In this document: positions 46,656 through 54,998 of the stretch, piece by piece | Position numbering within the stretch: position 1 is the first letter of the stretch | How the letters are laid out: every line of letters begins with the position of its first letter | NCBI GenBank assembly: GCA_031277035.1 | Contig: JAISLY010000048.1 | Coordinates: forward strand, 1,629 to 65,628 | From: Coriobacteriales bacterium | GTDB taxonomy: Bacteria > Actinomycetota > Coriobacteriia > Coriobacteriales > UBA8131 | Direction: 5' to 3' | Length of the DNA: 64,000 bases | Made by a program: the position numbers and the translations under genes | The notes under the pieces: model-generated | What the model was told of the DNA's origin: nothing | Database searches by the model: none | The model's input: only the letters and a program-made list of their open reading frames with translations

Positions 46656-49277
46656 TCAGTCGATGGAAAGCTCCGTGCGGTTGATGAGGTCGTCCTGCAA
46701 AACCGGCGACATCTCCGTGAAGTAGGTGCTGTAGCCCGCAACACGCACGAGCAGGTCGCGGTAGTCCTGCGGCTTTTTCTGAGCTTCGAGCATCGTCTCT
46801 TTGGTGATGACATTGAACTGACTCTGCTTGCCGCCCATGCAGAAGTAGCCGTCTATCAGGTTCATCATGTTGTCGCGACCGGTCTCACCAGAAACCGTGT
46901 TGGGCGAAAACTTCCAGTTGAGGATAACGCCGTTGGTTATCTCAGCCTGGTCGATCTTTGCAATGGAGCGGGCGATGGCCGTCGGACCCGAGACATCGTG
47001 CGATCCGCCGTAGGTGTGCACCGCGCCCAGGCAGTCAGAGATGGGCTCCCAGTCCACACGCCCGTCGGGAGAAGCCTTCATCTCGCCGCCGAGCGCGACG
47101 TTGATGGAGATTGAGTAGACGCCAGGGATGAAAAAACCACCGCGTGCGGTCTTATGCTTCTTCATCTCGGTGGAGAACAGATGCGCGATGTAGACGGCGT
47201 ATTTGTCCGCATAATCGTCATCGTTGCCGTAGTGGTGCACCCTGCTGCTGTTCACGTAGGCGTAGACCTGGCGATAGCCAGTCCAGTTGTTCTTGCAGGC
47301 CTTGATAAGGTCCTCGCCTGAAATCAGCTTCTCATCAAAGACGAGCTGCTCGACCGTCGAGAGAATATCCGCGCAGGTTCCCAGTCCGCAGCCCTGCGGG
47401 CCGGAGCGATTGTAGCGTGCGCCGCCCACAACGATATCCCTGCCCGTCTCCACACAATCGTGATAGAGCAGGCTCAGGTAGGGCAGGTACTTATTCTGCT
47501 GGTTGGCGAGGTCTATCTTGTTTGTCATGTTGCAGAGCACCTCGACCCAGTATTCAAACTGCGTGCGCACCGCGTCCATGACCTCATCCATCGACTGCAT
47601 ATCCTTGAGGTAGCCGGTCTGGGGGCCCACCTGGGTATCGTCGTCAAAGGTCTTGCCGTCGTTTAAGGCGAGTTCGACGACATAGGCCATGTTGAGATAC
47701 CCGCTGTCGTGCCAACCGTGCATGTAGCCGGGAATGGTGGGCTCAACGCAGCCGACGGGCATGTACTGACGCGCAAGCTCAAGGGGGATGCCGTCATCTA
47801 CCAGGCCAGGAATCATCACATCGTCATTGAATATCTTGGGCTCACCGCAGCCGATACGCGCGACGTTAAAGACCTTGATCTTAAACTCCTCGGGCGAACC
47901 GGAATGAAGACGGACGCCAAACCAGGGCACCGGCATGCGCGTGTGCGCGTATGCGTCAAGCGCGATGTAGCTCAGGTCATTGGTGACATCGTTTCCCTCG
48001 GCGTCAACGCCGCCGACATCCAGGGAGATGCCGCCGTAGAAGGTGCCCGACGCAAAGATGATGCCAAAGCGGTTGCGCAGCTTGTTGAGCTCGCGCATCT
48101 TGACATAGAAGTTCTCGGTCAGCTCCTGACAGAACTCACGGCTTAAAACAGAGGTGTCATAGAAGGGTGCCAGAAGGACATCAAAACGACCGTAGCCCAC
48201 CGAGTGGCCGTTTGCCTCAATGCAGGTGATGCAGTAGGCAAAATGCAGCAGCTGGACGGCCTCCCAGAAATCCCGCGGGGGCTGGGTTGCGACGTGATAG
48301 CAGTTCGCCGCCATACGCTCAAGCTCCCGTTTGCGCTGAGGGTCGCCTTCCTTCTCGGCTGCCTGGGCGCACAAATCGCCATAGCGGTTCGTCCAGCGCT
48401 CGATGGCATCAAGGACGATAAGCGCACTGTCGTAGAAGTTTGCCTTACGCGCAAAGTCGGGGTCATCGGCCTCAAGCGCGGCCTGGTAGCCGAGCACTTC
48501 CTGGCGGATGCCCTCCCAGCCAAGCGTGAGCACCTTGGCGTGATCGGCGTTGCCGTGCCCGATGCCCTGCGTCATATAGTGGTCAAGGTTCATCAGATGC
48601 TTGCCAAACTGACTCCCCTTGAGATCTTCCTCATCAAAGGATGCCATGGCGATGTCGACCAGCGTGTTTCCCTGCCGCCAATACTCCGCGTAGGCCTTGA
48701 TGGCGTCCTGGTTTTCCGGCGGGACAAAGAGCTTGTCGTTGGGGCGTTGGTCCATCGGCCAGTTCTCAAACTCGTCGATAATCCAGTCCATGCCGTATTC
48801 GGGATAGATGCCGCATTCGTTTGCCGGCGCGGCAATGTCGCCAAGCAGCAATTCGTCGTCGTAGAGAAAGACCTCGCAGTTATCGAGCACATAGGCCAAG
48901 ACGTGGGCATTCTTCAGACCCAGCGGCTCGCCATCATAAATCTGGTAGGCCTCGGTGACGAGACGGCCGCGCACCGGATCGACGCTTGGCGTCTTGGTAC
49001 GTATCCATTCGAGCAACCGGTTGATACGTGGGAAGGGAGACTTGTCGCCGACGCGGCCAGAGACGCCCACACCCCACTCCTTGTCATAGGGCTCGATGGC
49101 CAGAGGGACGATTCGGGGGTCGCCCTCGCGCATCGGCGCCTCGCGCTCCTCCCTGGGCTTGTACCCTGTGGTCGCGCTGGCGCTCGTGTTCGCTGCGGTT
49201 GTGGTTGTGGTTGCGGTTGCGGTTGCGGTTGCGGTTGTGCGTGCGGCGTCCTTTGCTGTCGTACTCGTCGTGCTCAT
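46656..49277 (-). CDS. glycyl-radical enzyme (PFL-fold), 1,2-eliminase/dehydratase-like, substrate unknown
   Basis: ATG 49277 lies 6 nt after GGAGGT. The C-terminal glycyl-radical motif is LVRVAGYSTYF and the thiyl loop is VGCVEP. YGNDDDYAD and GIGHGNADH are also present. The N-terminus is a Thr/Ala-rich extension. Confidence 0.9.
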   Translation of the reverse strand: MSTTSTTAKDAARTTATATATATTTTTAANTSASATTGYKPREEREAPMREGDPRIVPLAIEPYDKEWGVGVSGRVGDKSPFPRINRLLEWIRTKTPSVDPVRGRLVTEAYQIYDGEPLGLKNAHVLAYVLDNCEVFLYDDELLLGDIAAPANECGIYPEYGMDWIIDEFENWPMDQRPNDKLFVPPENQDAIKAYAEYWRQGNTLVDIAMASFDEEDLKGSQFGKHLMNLDHYMTQGIGHGNADHAKVLTLGWEGIRQEVLGYQAALEADDPDFARKANFYDSALIVLDAIERWTNRYGDLCAQAAEKEGDPQRKRELERMAANCYHVATQPPRDFWEAVQLLHFAYCITCIEANGHSVGYGRFDVLLAPFYDTSVLSREFCQELTENFYVKMRELNKLRNRFGIIFASGTFYGGISLDVGGVDAEGNDVTNDLSYIALDAYAHTRMPVPWFGVRLHSGSPEEFKIKVFNVARIGCGEPKIFNDDVMIPGLVDDGIPLELARQYMPVGCVEPTIPGYMHGWHDSGYLNMAYVVELALNDGKTFDDDTQVGPQTGYLKDMQSMDEVMDAVRTQFEYWVEVLCNMTNKIDLANQQNKYLPYLSLLYHDCVETGRDIVVGGARYNRSGPQGCGLGTCADILSTVEQLVFDEKLISGEDLIKACKNNWTGYRQVYAYVNSSRVHHYGNDDDYADKYAVYIAHLFSTEMKKHKTARGGFFIPGVYSISINVALGGEMKASPDGRVDWEPISDCLGAVHTYGGSHDVSGPTAIARSIAKIDQAEITNGVILNWKFSPNTVSGETGRDNMMNLIDGYFCMGGKQSQFNVITKETMLEAQKKPQDYRDLLVRVAGYSTYFTEMSPVLQDDLINRTELSID

Positions 49278-49342
49278 CACACTACCTCCAGTTACTCTGT
49301 TGTCCCTGATCTACGGTATCTGCTGTCATGTCTGCTCTGGTT

Positions 49343-49600
49343 CTATCCTATCTTCAGTTGATATTCCTCCACGGCGCTGGAGAGGTCAATCTCCTCGGGA
49401 GGCACCACTTGCTTGACCTCCTTGATGAGGTCGCAGGCCACACAGCCCCTCGGGTTGAACAGCCCCTTAAAGTGGCAGTCGCGTAAATCGCGGCGCTCGT
49501 AGAGGCCATCGTCGCGCTCAACATAGGTGACGCTGAAGGATTCCTCCTTGCTGTTGACCGGACACCAGCCCTCGAAGAACTTCAGGACTTCCTTTGCCAT
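49343..49600 (-). CDS. 85-aa four-Cys protein of unknown function (possible GRE small subunit)
   Basis: ATG 49600 follows GGCAGGAGGTG, a strong SD. Cys residues are C13, C52 and C63-x2-C66, with His53 adjacent. The stop is 66 nt upstream of the GRE start on the same strand. Confidence 0.65.
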   Translation of the reverse strand: MAKEVLKFFEGWCPVNSKEESFSVTYVERDDGLYERRDLRDCHFKGLFNPRGCVACDLIKEVKQVVPPEEIDLSSAVEEYQLKIG

Positions 49601-49634
49601 TGCAACACCTCCTGCCTCTCAGAAATCAGCTTCC

Positions 49635-49663
49635 AGTGTACCACGCACCGCCGATGCCTGAAA
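49635..49663 (-). promoter_or_regulatory. candidate internal promoter for small protein + GRE
   Basis: The minus strand reads TTTCAG, 17 nt, then TGgTACACT (an extended -10), about 35 nt upstream of the small-protein start. Confidence 0.3.
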
Positions 49664-49707
49664 GCGACCTTTCAACTTTCTCAGCGGCTTTCTCGTGCTC
49701 TTGCCCC

Positions 49708-49838
49708 ATTCTCGCCCCAGGCCGGGCCCGTTCTCGCCCCGGGCCGCCCGCCGTACTTGCCGCAGACTCGCCCCGGGCCGCCTCACTGCCGGCTCGCTCT
49801 CGCCCCGGGCCACCCCACTGCCGGCCCGTTCTCGCCCC
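49708..49838. repeat. five copies of GGGGCGAGA(A) motif (minus-strand sense) in 22-34-nt register, intra-operon intergenic
   Basis: On the plus strand, (T)TCTCGCCCC occurs at 49708, 49731, 49766, 49798 and 49829. Two adjacent 32-nt units are nearly identical. A sixth copy lies at 50938-50947 in the 5' UTR of the URO-D gene. Confidence 0.85.
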
Positions 49839-49847
49839 GTCCACCCT

Positions 49848-50900
49848 CTAATGCGTCTTATAGAAGGTCTTGCAGTACTTTGACGCCTCATCGTTGACGA
49901 TGTAGTTCTTCTTCCTGTTCTCCTCATCGCCCACCGCCACCAGAAAACCGCCGAGGAAGCAGTAGCCGCCACCCGGCGCGAGGCGGTCGATGCTGTCGCG
50001 CACCGACTGGCGAATCTCCTCCTCAGTGACGCCATCGGGATGCTCTGGGGACTGGAGCGGGTCGACCAGGCGCTCGCGCCCATCCCAGCCGCCCATCAGC
50101 ACGAGGCTGTTGCCATACTTCTTCTTCACCGCGTCGAGGTCGTTGGAGGTCTGGGCGGGGTCCCAGGCAGTGATGCCGATGCCGGTGAGCAGGTCGAAGA
50201 AGGCCTCAGACTTGCCACAGTTGTGCATCGTCATCGGCAGGCCGCGCTCACGCCCGTAGCGGGTGAACTTGGCGTGGTGCGGCAAGACGAACTCACGATA
50301 CATGTCCACGGAGATAAACGGCGCGTTCCAGCTGGCCGTGTCGTCCATCAGGCAAAGCGTATCCGGCTGGTACAGGTCGATGGTCTTCTCCACAACACCG
50401 ATATAGAAGTCCGAGAGGTAGTGGAGCAGTTCGTGAACCAGCTCAGGCTCCTCATACATGGCAATCATCGCATCCTCAAAGCCCATGAAGGAGACGAGGT
50501 GCTGAAAATAGCCAAAGTGCAGGGCAAAGGCCACAGCTGTCTGTTTGCGGTCGATGGGGATCATGTCAAAGTGTTTCTTGACCGTCTGCTCCCAGTCGAC
50601 ATCGGAGAAGTCCGGAGCCTTGATGATCTCCCGCCAACGTGGCAGGTCGTCAAGCGGCAGGATGAAGCTGCTGTTATCGGGAATCAGGGCCATCTCTGCG
50701 GAATCGGTGGCAACGTAGTTGACGCCCCACAGGTCAGGCCCACCATTATTGAGGCGATGCTCGCCAAGGATGGGTGGCTCGAAAATCTGGCTCGGCAGAT
50801 CCCATTCCCAGCCGGGGAATGCTCCCATCGTATACATGGGCACCCACTCCGGCACCTCGCCGCGCAGGCACATCAGGTAGTTCTCCTTAGGGGTAAGCAT
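49848..50900 (-). CDS. URO-D/MtaA-CmuA-family protein, paralog 2
   Basis: 350 aa. ATG 50900 follows GAGGAAGGAAG. MLTPKENYL, HNCG (H-x-C-G) and a later GGGYCF are present. This is the first gene of the GRE operon. Confidence 0.8.
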   Translation of the reverse strand: MLTPKENYLMCLRGEVPEWVPMYTMGAFPGWEWDLPSQIFEPPILGEHRLNNGGPDLWGVNYVATDSAEMALIPDNSSFILPLDDLPRWREIIKAPDFSDVDWEQTVKKHFDMIPIDRKQTAVAFALHFGYFQHLVSFMGFEDAMIAMYEEPELVHELLHYLSDFYIGVVEKTIDLYQPDTLCLMDDTASWNAPFISVDMYREFVLPHHAKFTRYGRERGLPMTMHNCGKSEAFFDLLTGIGITAWDPAQTSNDLDAVKKKYGNSLVLMGGWDGRERLVDPLQSPEHPDGVTEEEIRQSVRDSIDRLAPGGGYCFLGGFLVAVGDEENRKKNYIVNDEASKYCKTFYKTH

Positions 50901-50963
50901 ATTCTTCCTTCCTCGTCGCGTTAAAACGTACCCTCCGTTCTCGCCCCCCTTTTACTTCGTATT

Positions 50964-50998
50964 CGCTTTGACCAGTATACGTCTCTTTGCGCTGTCTG
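50964..50998 (-). promoter_or_regulatory. candidate promoter of URO-D/GRE operon
   Basis: The minus strand reads TGGGCA, 17 nt, then TATACT (the -10 at c50964-50969), about 65 nt upstream of ATG 50900. Confidence 0.35.
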
Positions 50999-51101
50999 CC
51001 CACCTGTTTGTTGTGTGCGCTTCTTCCGTGCGCTCCCCTCGTGCGCGCGTCCCGCGTTCGGCCCCTGCCTCAGCGTGCGCGTCCCGCGCCCGGCCTGCGC
51101 C

Positions 51102-52094
51102 TCAGCGTTCCTCGCGGAAGTAATTCAAGCCGCAGCCCGCAGGCATCGCATGCTCCTTACTCTGGCGCACGCTCGTGATGATGAGCACCAGGATGGTGGC
51201 CACGTAGGGCACCATATCGTAAATCTGCGCGGGCAGGCCGGGGATGCTCACGTACATCCGCATGATCATCAGACCACCAAAGATAATCGCGACCAGTATG
51301 CCTCTCAGCGGACTCCAGGTCGCAAAGATAACCAGCGCGACCGCCAGCCAGCCGTAGCCGGTCACGCAGCCATGCACCCAGACGCCCGAGGTTGTCACCA
51401 TGCTCATATACATGCCGCCGATGCCGCAGATGCCGCCACCGATGACCGTCGCGAGGTAGCGATAGCGCGAGACGTTAATGCCGGCCGCATCGGCAGCGGC
51501 AGGGTCCTCACCCACCGCCCTGAGGTTCAGGCCAAAGCGCGAGACGCGGAAGAACCAGAACATGCCAAGCGCCAGGGCGATGGCAAAATAGACCATCCAG
51601 TTGTATTGGAACAGCAATTTGCCGAGGATGGGTATCTCGGAGAGCAGCGGGATGTGCAGAGGCGAGAAGGCCGCCTTGGTCACAGAGCTGACCGCCACAT
51701 AGCCGCCGGCCGCAAGCCCGAAGTATTCTCCGAAGAAATTGCCAAAGCCCGTGCCAAAGATGGTGAGAATCAGGCCGGTGACGTTTTGGTTCGCACGCAG
51801 CGTGATGGTGAGAAAGGCGTAGATAAGCGCCCCGAAGGCACCTGCGAGAAACGAGACCGTGAGCGCTACGAGCGCCGAAATCACGCCGTTGGGGACAATC
51901 CCGGCTGCGGTAAGGGCCTGCTCGTAGCAGTAGGAGCCGATAAGGCCGGTGATGGCCCCCATGAACATCATGCCCTCAACGCCGAGATTCAGGTTGCCCG
52001 ACTTCTCGGTCAGTATCTCACCAAGAGCTCCGAGCAGCAGGGGGGTGCCGGCCAGTACGGCGGCCATCAGCAAGGCGGTCACAATGTCGATCAT
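51102..52094 (-). CDS. ABC transporter permease (BMP/simple-sugar type, second permease)
   Basis: 330 aa and polytopic, starting GALGEILTEKSGNLNLGVEGMM. The start overlaps the upstream stop by 1 nt. Confidence 0.85.
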   Translation of the reverse strand: MIDIVTALLMAAVLAGTPLLLGALGEILTEKSGNLNLGVEGMMFMGAITGLIGSYCYEQALTAAGIVPNGVISALVALTVSFLAGAFGALIYAFLTITLRANQNVTGLILTIFGTGFGNFFGEYFGLAAGGYVAVSSVTKAAFSPLHIPLLSEIPILGKLLFQYNWMVYFAIALALGMFWFFRVSRFGLNLRAVGEDPAAADAAGINVSRYRYLATVIGGGICGIGGMYMSMVTTSGVWVHGCVTGYGWLAVALVIFATWSPLRGILVAIIFGGLMIMRMYVSIPGLPAQIYDMVPYVATILVLIITSVRQSKEHAMPAGCGLNYFREER

Positions 52095-53284
52095 CAGGCA
52101 GACTCCTCCCGCTTCTGTCTATCGGTCTGGCCGGGCGAAGCGCTGTCGCTGCTGGTGCTGGCGCCGCCATCGCCACCGCCGCCACCGGCCCTGCCGGGCG
52201 AAGCGCTGCCTCGAAAGACCAGGCGGTAGGTGATGAAGAACTCGCAGCCGAGCATGAAGAACAGGATGATGCCAATCAGAAGCGAGGACGCCGAGGCAGG
52301 TATCTTGTAGATGGTCTGGATGGTGTTTGAGCCGCGTTCAAGCATGGCGATAAAGACGGAGACGGCCAACATGCCAAAGGGATTCATCTTGGCGAGCCAG
52401 GCAACGGTGATGGCCGTAAAGCCCACCCCGCCGGCGATGCCCTCCGCAATCGTGTAGTCGGCGCCGGAAAACTGCAGAAAGCCAACGATGCCACACAGTG
52501 CCCCCGAGAGGAACATCGTTCGCATGATAACCCGCCCGACGTTCATGCCCGCATAGCGCGCCGTGTTCTCACTGGCTCCAACGACCGATATCTCGTAGCC
52601 CTGCTTGGTGCGATTGAAGTAAAACCAGGCAACAAGAACCAGGACGAGTGCAAGTATCCAGCCCCAGTGTACGCCGAGAATCTGCGTCAGGCGGCCGCCG
52701 GGGACGAGCATCGGCATTTTGGGGAAACTTGAGCCCGGGGCCTTCCAGGGGCCGTTCATCAGATATTTGATGACAGCCAGCGCCACATAGTTGAGCATAA
52801 GGGTAAAAAGGGTCTCGTTGGTGTTCCACTTTGCCTTGAAGAAGGCCGGAATCAGGCCGTAGATACCGCCTGCCACAATGGCCGCAAGCAGCATGACGGC
52901 AATAAGCAGCGGGCGGGAGAGAAAGTCCGCCATAAAAAAGCCAAAGTAGCCCGCGGCCAGAGCGCCGACGATGATCTGTCCTTCTCCGCCGATGTTCCAG
53001 AATTTCATCTTGAAGGCAAGCGCCAGGCCAAGAGCGCAGATGAGCAGTGGTATGGCGAGCTTGATGGTCTCCTTGATGACTGTCGGTGAGCCCCAGGAGC
53101 CCACAACCATGTCCCTGTAGACAAAAAGCGGGTTATGGCCGAGTATCAAAATGAGCAGGCCACCGGTAGCGAGCGCGGCCACAAAGGCAAGCGCCCGATA
53201 GGACCAGGCTCTGCGCGACGAGATGTCGTCGCGCTTGACCATGCGGACAAGCGGTTCTCGTTTCTGTCGGGCCGGTACGCTCAC
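52094..53284 (-). CDS. ABC transporter permease (BMP/simple-sugar type, first permease)
   Basis: 396 aa. The GTG start overlaps the ATPase stop (GTGA). It is polytopic and ends in a Gly/Ser-rich tail. Confidence 0.8.
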   Translation of the reverse strand: MSVPARQKREPLVRMVKRDDISSRRAWSYRALAFVAALATGGLLILILGHNPLFVYRDMVVGSWGSPTVIKETIKLAIPLLICALGLALAFKMKFWNIGGEGQIIVGALAAGYFGFFMADFLSRPLLIAVMLLAAIVAGGIYGLIPAFFKAKWNTNETLFTLMLNYVALAVIKYLMNGPWKAPGSSFPKMPMLVPGGRLTQILGVHWGWILALVLVLVAWFYFNRTKQGYEISVVGASENTARYAGMNVGRVIMRTMFLSGALCGIVGFLQFSGADYTIAEGIAGGVGFTAITVAWLAKMNPFGMLAVSVFIAMLERGSNTIQTIYKIPASASSLLIGIILFFMLGCEFFITYRLVFRGSASPGRAGGGGGDGGASTSSDSASPGQTDRQKREESA

Positions 53285-54876
53285 GCAGCCTCCCCGGTCG
53301 CGGAGCCGGTCTCAGAATCGAGGCCCTCTGCGCCAGCGACGTGCACCATCATCAGGCCGACCTCCTCCTTGGTGACCGCACGAGGGTCGACGATACCGCT
53401 GATTCGCCCACCGCACAACACGAGCAACCTGTCGGAGATTTCCATCAGCACGTCGAGGTCCTCACCGATGAAGACGACCGCGACGCCTCGGGCTTTCTGC
53501 TCGTTGAGCAGGTCGTATATCTTGTAGGAGGAGTTGATGTCAAGGCCGCGCACCGGGTAGGCGACGATAAGCACTCCCGGCTCCTGAGCTATCTCGCGGC
53601 CAAGCAGAACCTTTTGGACATTGCCGCCCGAGAGGCGCCCCACCGAGGTGCTCGTCGAGGGTGTGACAATCTCAAGCTCCTCTATGAGGCGCTCGGCCAG
53701 AGCCTTTGGCCTGACGCGGTCGACAAAGGGGCCTTTGCCCTTACGGTAGCCGCGCAGCATGACGTTGTCCGTTATATCCATCGAGGCCACAAGCCCCATG
53801 CCGAGGCGGTCTTCGGGCACGAAGGCCATCGAGATGCCACGCCGGGCAATCGCGCCCGGTGAGAGGCGGTCGATCCGTTCTTTTTCGCAAGGCGTCTTGG
53901 CGAGGTCTGGATGCGGGGGGCTGTAGGAGATTGAGCCGCTGGTGGGGGGGTTCAGGCCGACGATGGCCTCGCAGAGTTCCCTTTGGCCGCTGCCCGCGAT
54001 GCCGGCAATGCCGAGTATCTCGCCGGCATAGACCGTAAAGCTCACGTCATCGAGAGTCGTTACTCCCTCATGGTCCACACAGGTCAGGGCATTGAGCTCA
54101 AGGCGCTCGGGGCCGCCTGAGGCCTCGGGTCGCTCAATCATCAGATTGATTGGGCGCCCCACCATCATCTCCGTGAGGCGGGCCTGATTGGTCGTCGCCG
54201 TCTCGACGGTGGCGATAAACTCGCCTTTGCGCAGAATCTCCACACGGTCCGAAATCGCGAGCACCTCATGCAGCTTGTGGGTGATGATGATGATCGATTT
54301 GCCGTCAGCTTTCATGTTGCGCAGCACGGCAAAGAGTTTTTCGGTCTCAAGCGGCGTCAGCACCGCCGTTGGCTCATCGAGGATGAGAATGTCGGCGCCG
54401 CGGTACAAAACCTTGATGATCTCGACGGTCTGTTTCTCCGAGACCGACATATCGTAGATTTTCCTGGCGGGGTCGAGCTCAAAGCCGTATCGCTCGGCAA
54501 GACGGGCAACCTCGGCGTGTATGCTCTTGCGATTCAGGGTGACCGAGCCGCTCAGGCCAAGCGCGATGTTCTCCGCGGCCGTCAGAACGGGGATCAGCTT
54601 GAAGTGCTGATGGATCATGCCAATCCTGAGATCGAAGGCGTCCCTGGGTGAGCGGATGGTCACGGGGCGGCCCTGAACATAAATCTCGCCGTGGTCGGGG
54701 AAGTAGACGCCTGAGAGCATGTTGACAAGTGTGGTCTTTCCGCTGCCGTTCTCGCCGAGCAGGGCGAGTATCTCACCCTGTCGCAGCTGCAGGCGCACAT
54801 CTACATTGGCACGTACCCTGCCGAAAGACTTGTAGATATGTTCCATGCTGACCGCAAGCGGTACATCCTCATTCAC
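53281..54876 (-). CDS. ABC transporter ATP-binding protein, duplicated cassette
   Basis: ORF 53281-54966. I prefer GTG 54876, which lies 5 nt after GGGAGGG. The first cassette has GENGSGKTT. The second cassette shows LSGGNVQK. Confidence 0.85.
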   Translation of the reverse strand: MNEDVPLAVSMEHIYKSFGRVRANVDVRLQLRQGEILALLGENGSGKTTLVNMLSGVYFPDHGEIYVQGRPVTIRSPRDAFDLRIGMIHQHFKLIPVLTAAENIALGLSGSVTLNRKSIHAEVARLAERYGFELDPARKIYDMSVSEKQTVEIIKVLYRGADILILDEPTAVLTPLETEKLFAVLRNMKADGKSIIIITHKLHEVLAISDRVEILRKGEFIATVETATTNQARLTEMMVGRPINLMIERPEASGGPERLELNALTCVDHEGVTTLDDVSFTVYAGEILGIAGIAGSGQRELCEAIVGLNPPTSGSISYSPPHPDLAKTPCEKERIDRLSPGAIARRGISMAFVPEDRLGMGLVASMDITDNVMLRGYRKGKGPFVDRVRPKALAERLIEELEIVTPSTSTSVGRLSGGNVQKVLLGREIAQEPGVLIVAYPVRGLDINSSYKIYDLLNEQKARGVAVVFIGEDLDVLMEISDRLLVLCGGRISGIVDPRAVTKEEVGLMMVHVAGAEGLDSETGSATGEAA

Positions 54877-54998
54877 GTCAGCCCTCCCTGTCCGGAGCGG
54901 TGCGGTTCGAAGCGGCCTGGGCGGTACTGAAACGGGAGGATGGAGCCATCCCGGGGACGACTCCATCCTGTACGATACTCTCAGAAACGTACCCTCGG

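Noticed and set aside
48204-49361. 385-aa plus-strand ORF
   Set aside because: Antisense shadow of the GRE N-terminal half.
49700-49842. Possible CRISPR array, given the regularly spaced repeats
   Set aside because: The repeat core is only about 10-14 nt and the spacing is irregular (22-34 nt). The 'spacers' are themselves similar to each other, and no cas genes or leader are present.
42499-50900. Bacterial microcompartment-associated GRE locus
   Set aside because: No BMC-H, BMC-T or BMC-P shell-protein-like ORFs (about 90-100-aa or ~200-aa shell proteins) are present anywhere in the window.
51015-52229. 404-aa plus-strand ORF
   Set aside because: Antisense shadow of the ABC permease gene. 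It is highly charged and low-complexity.
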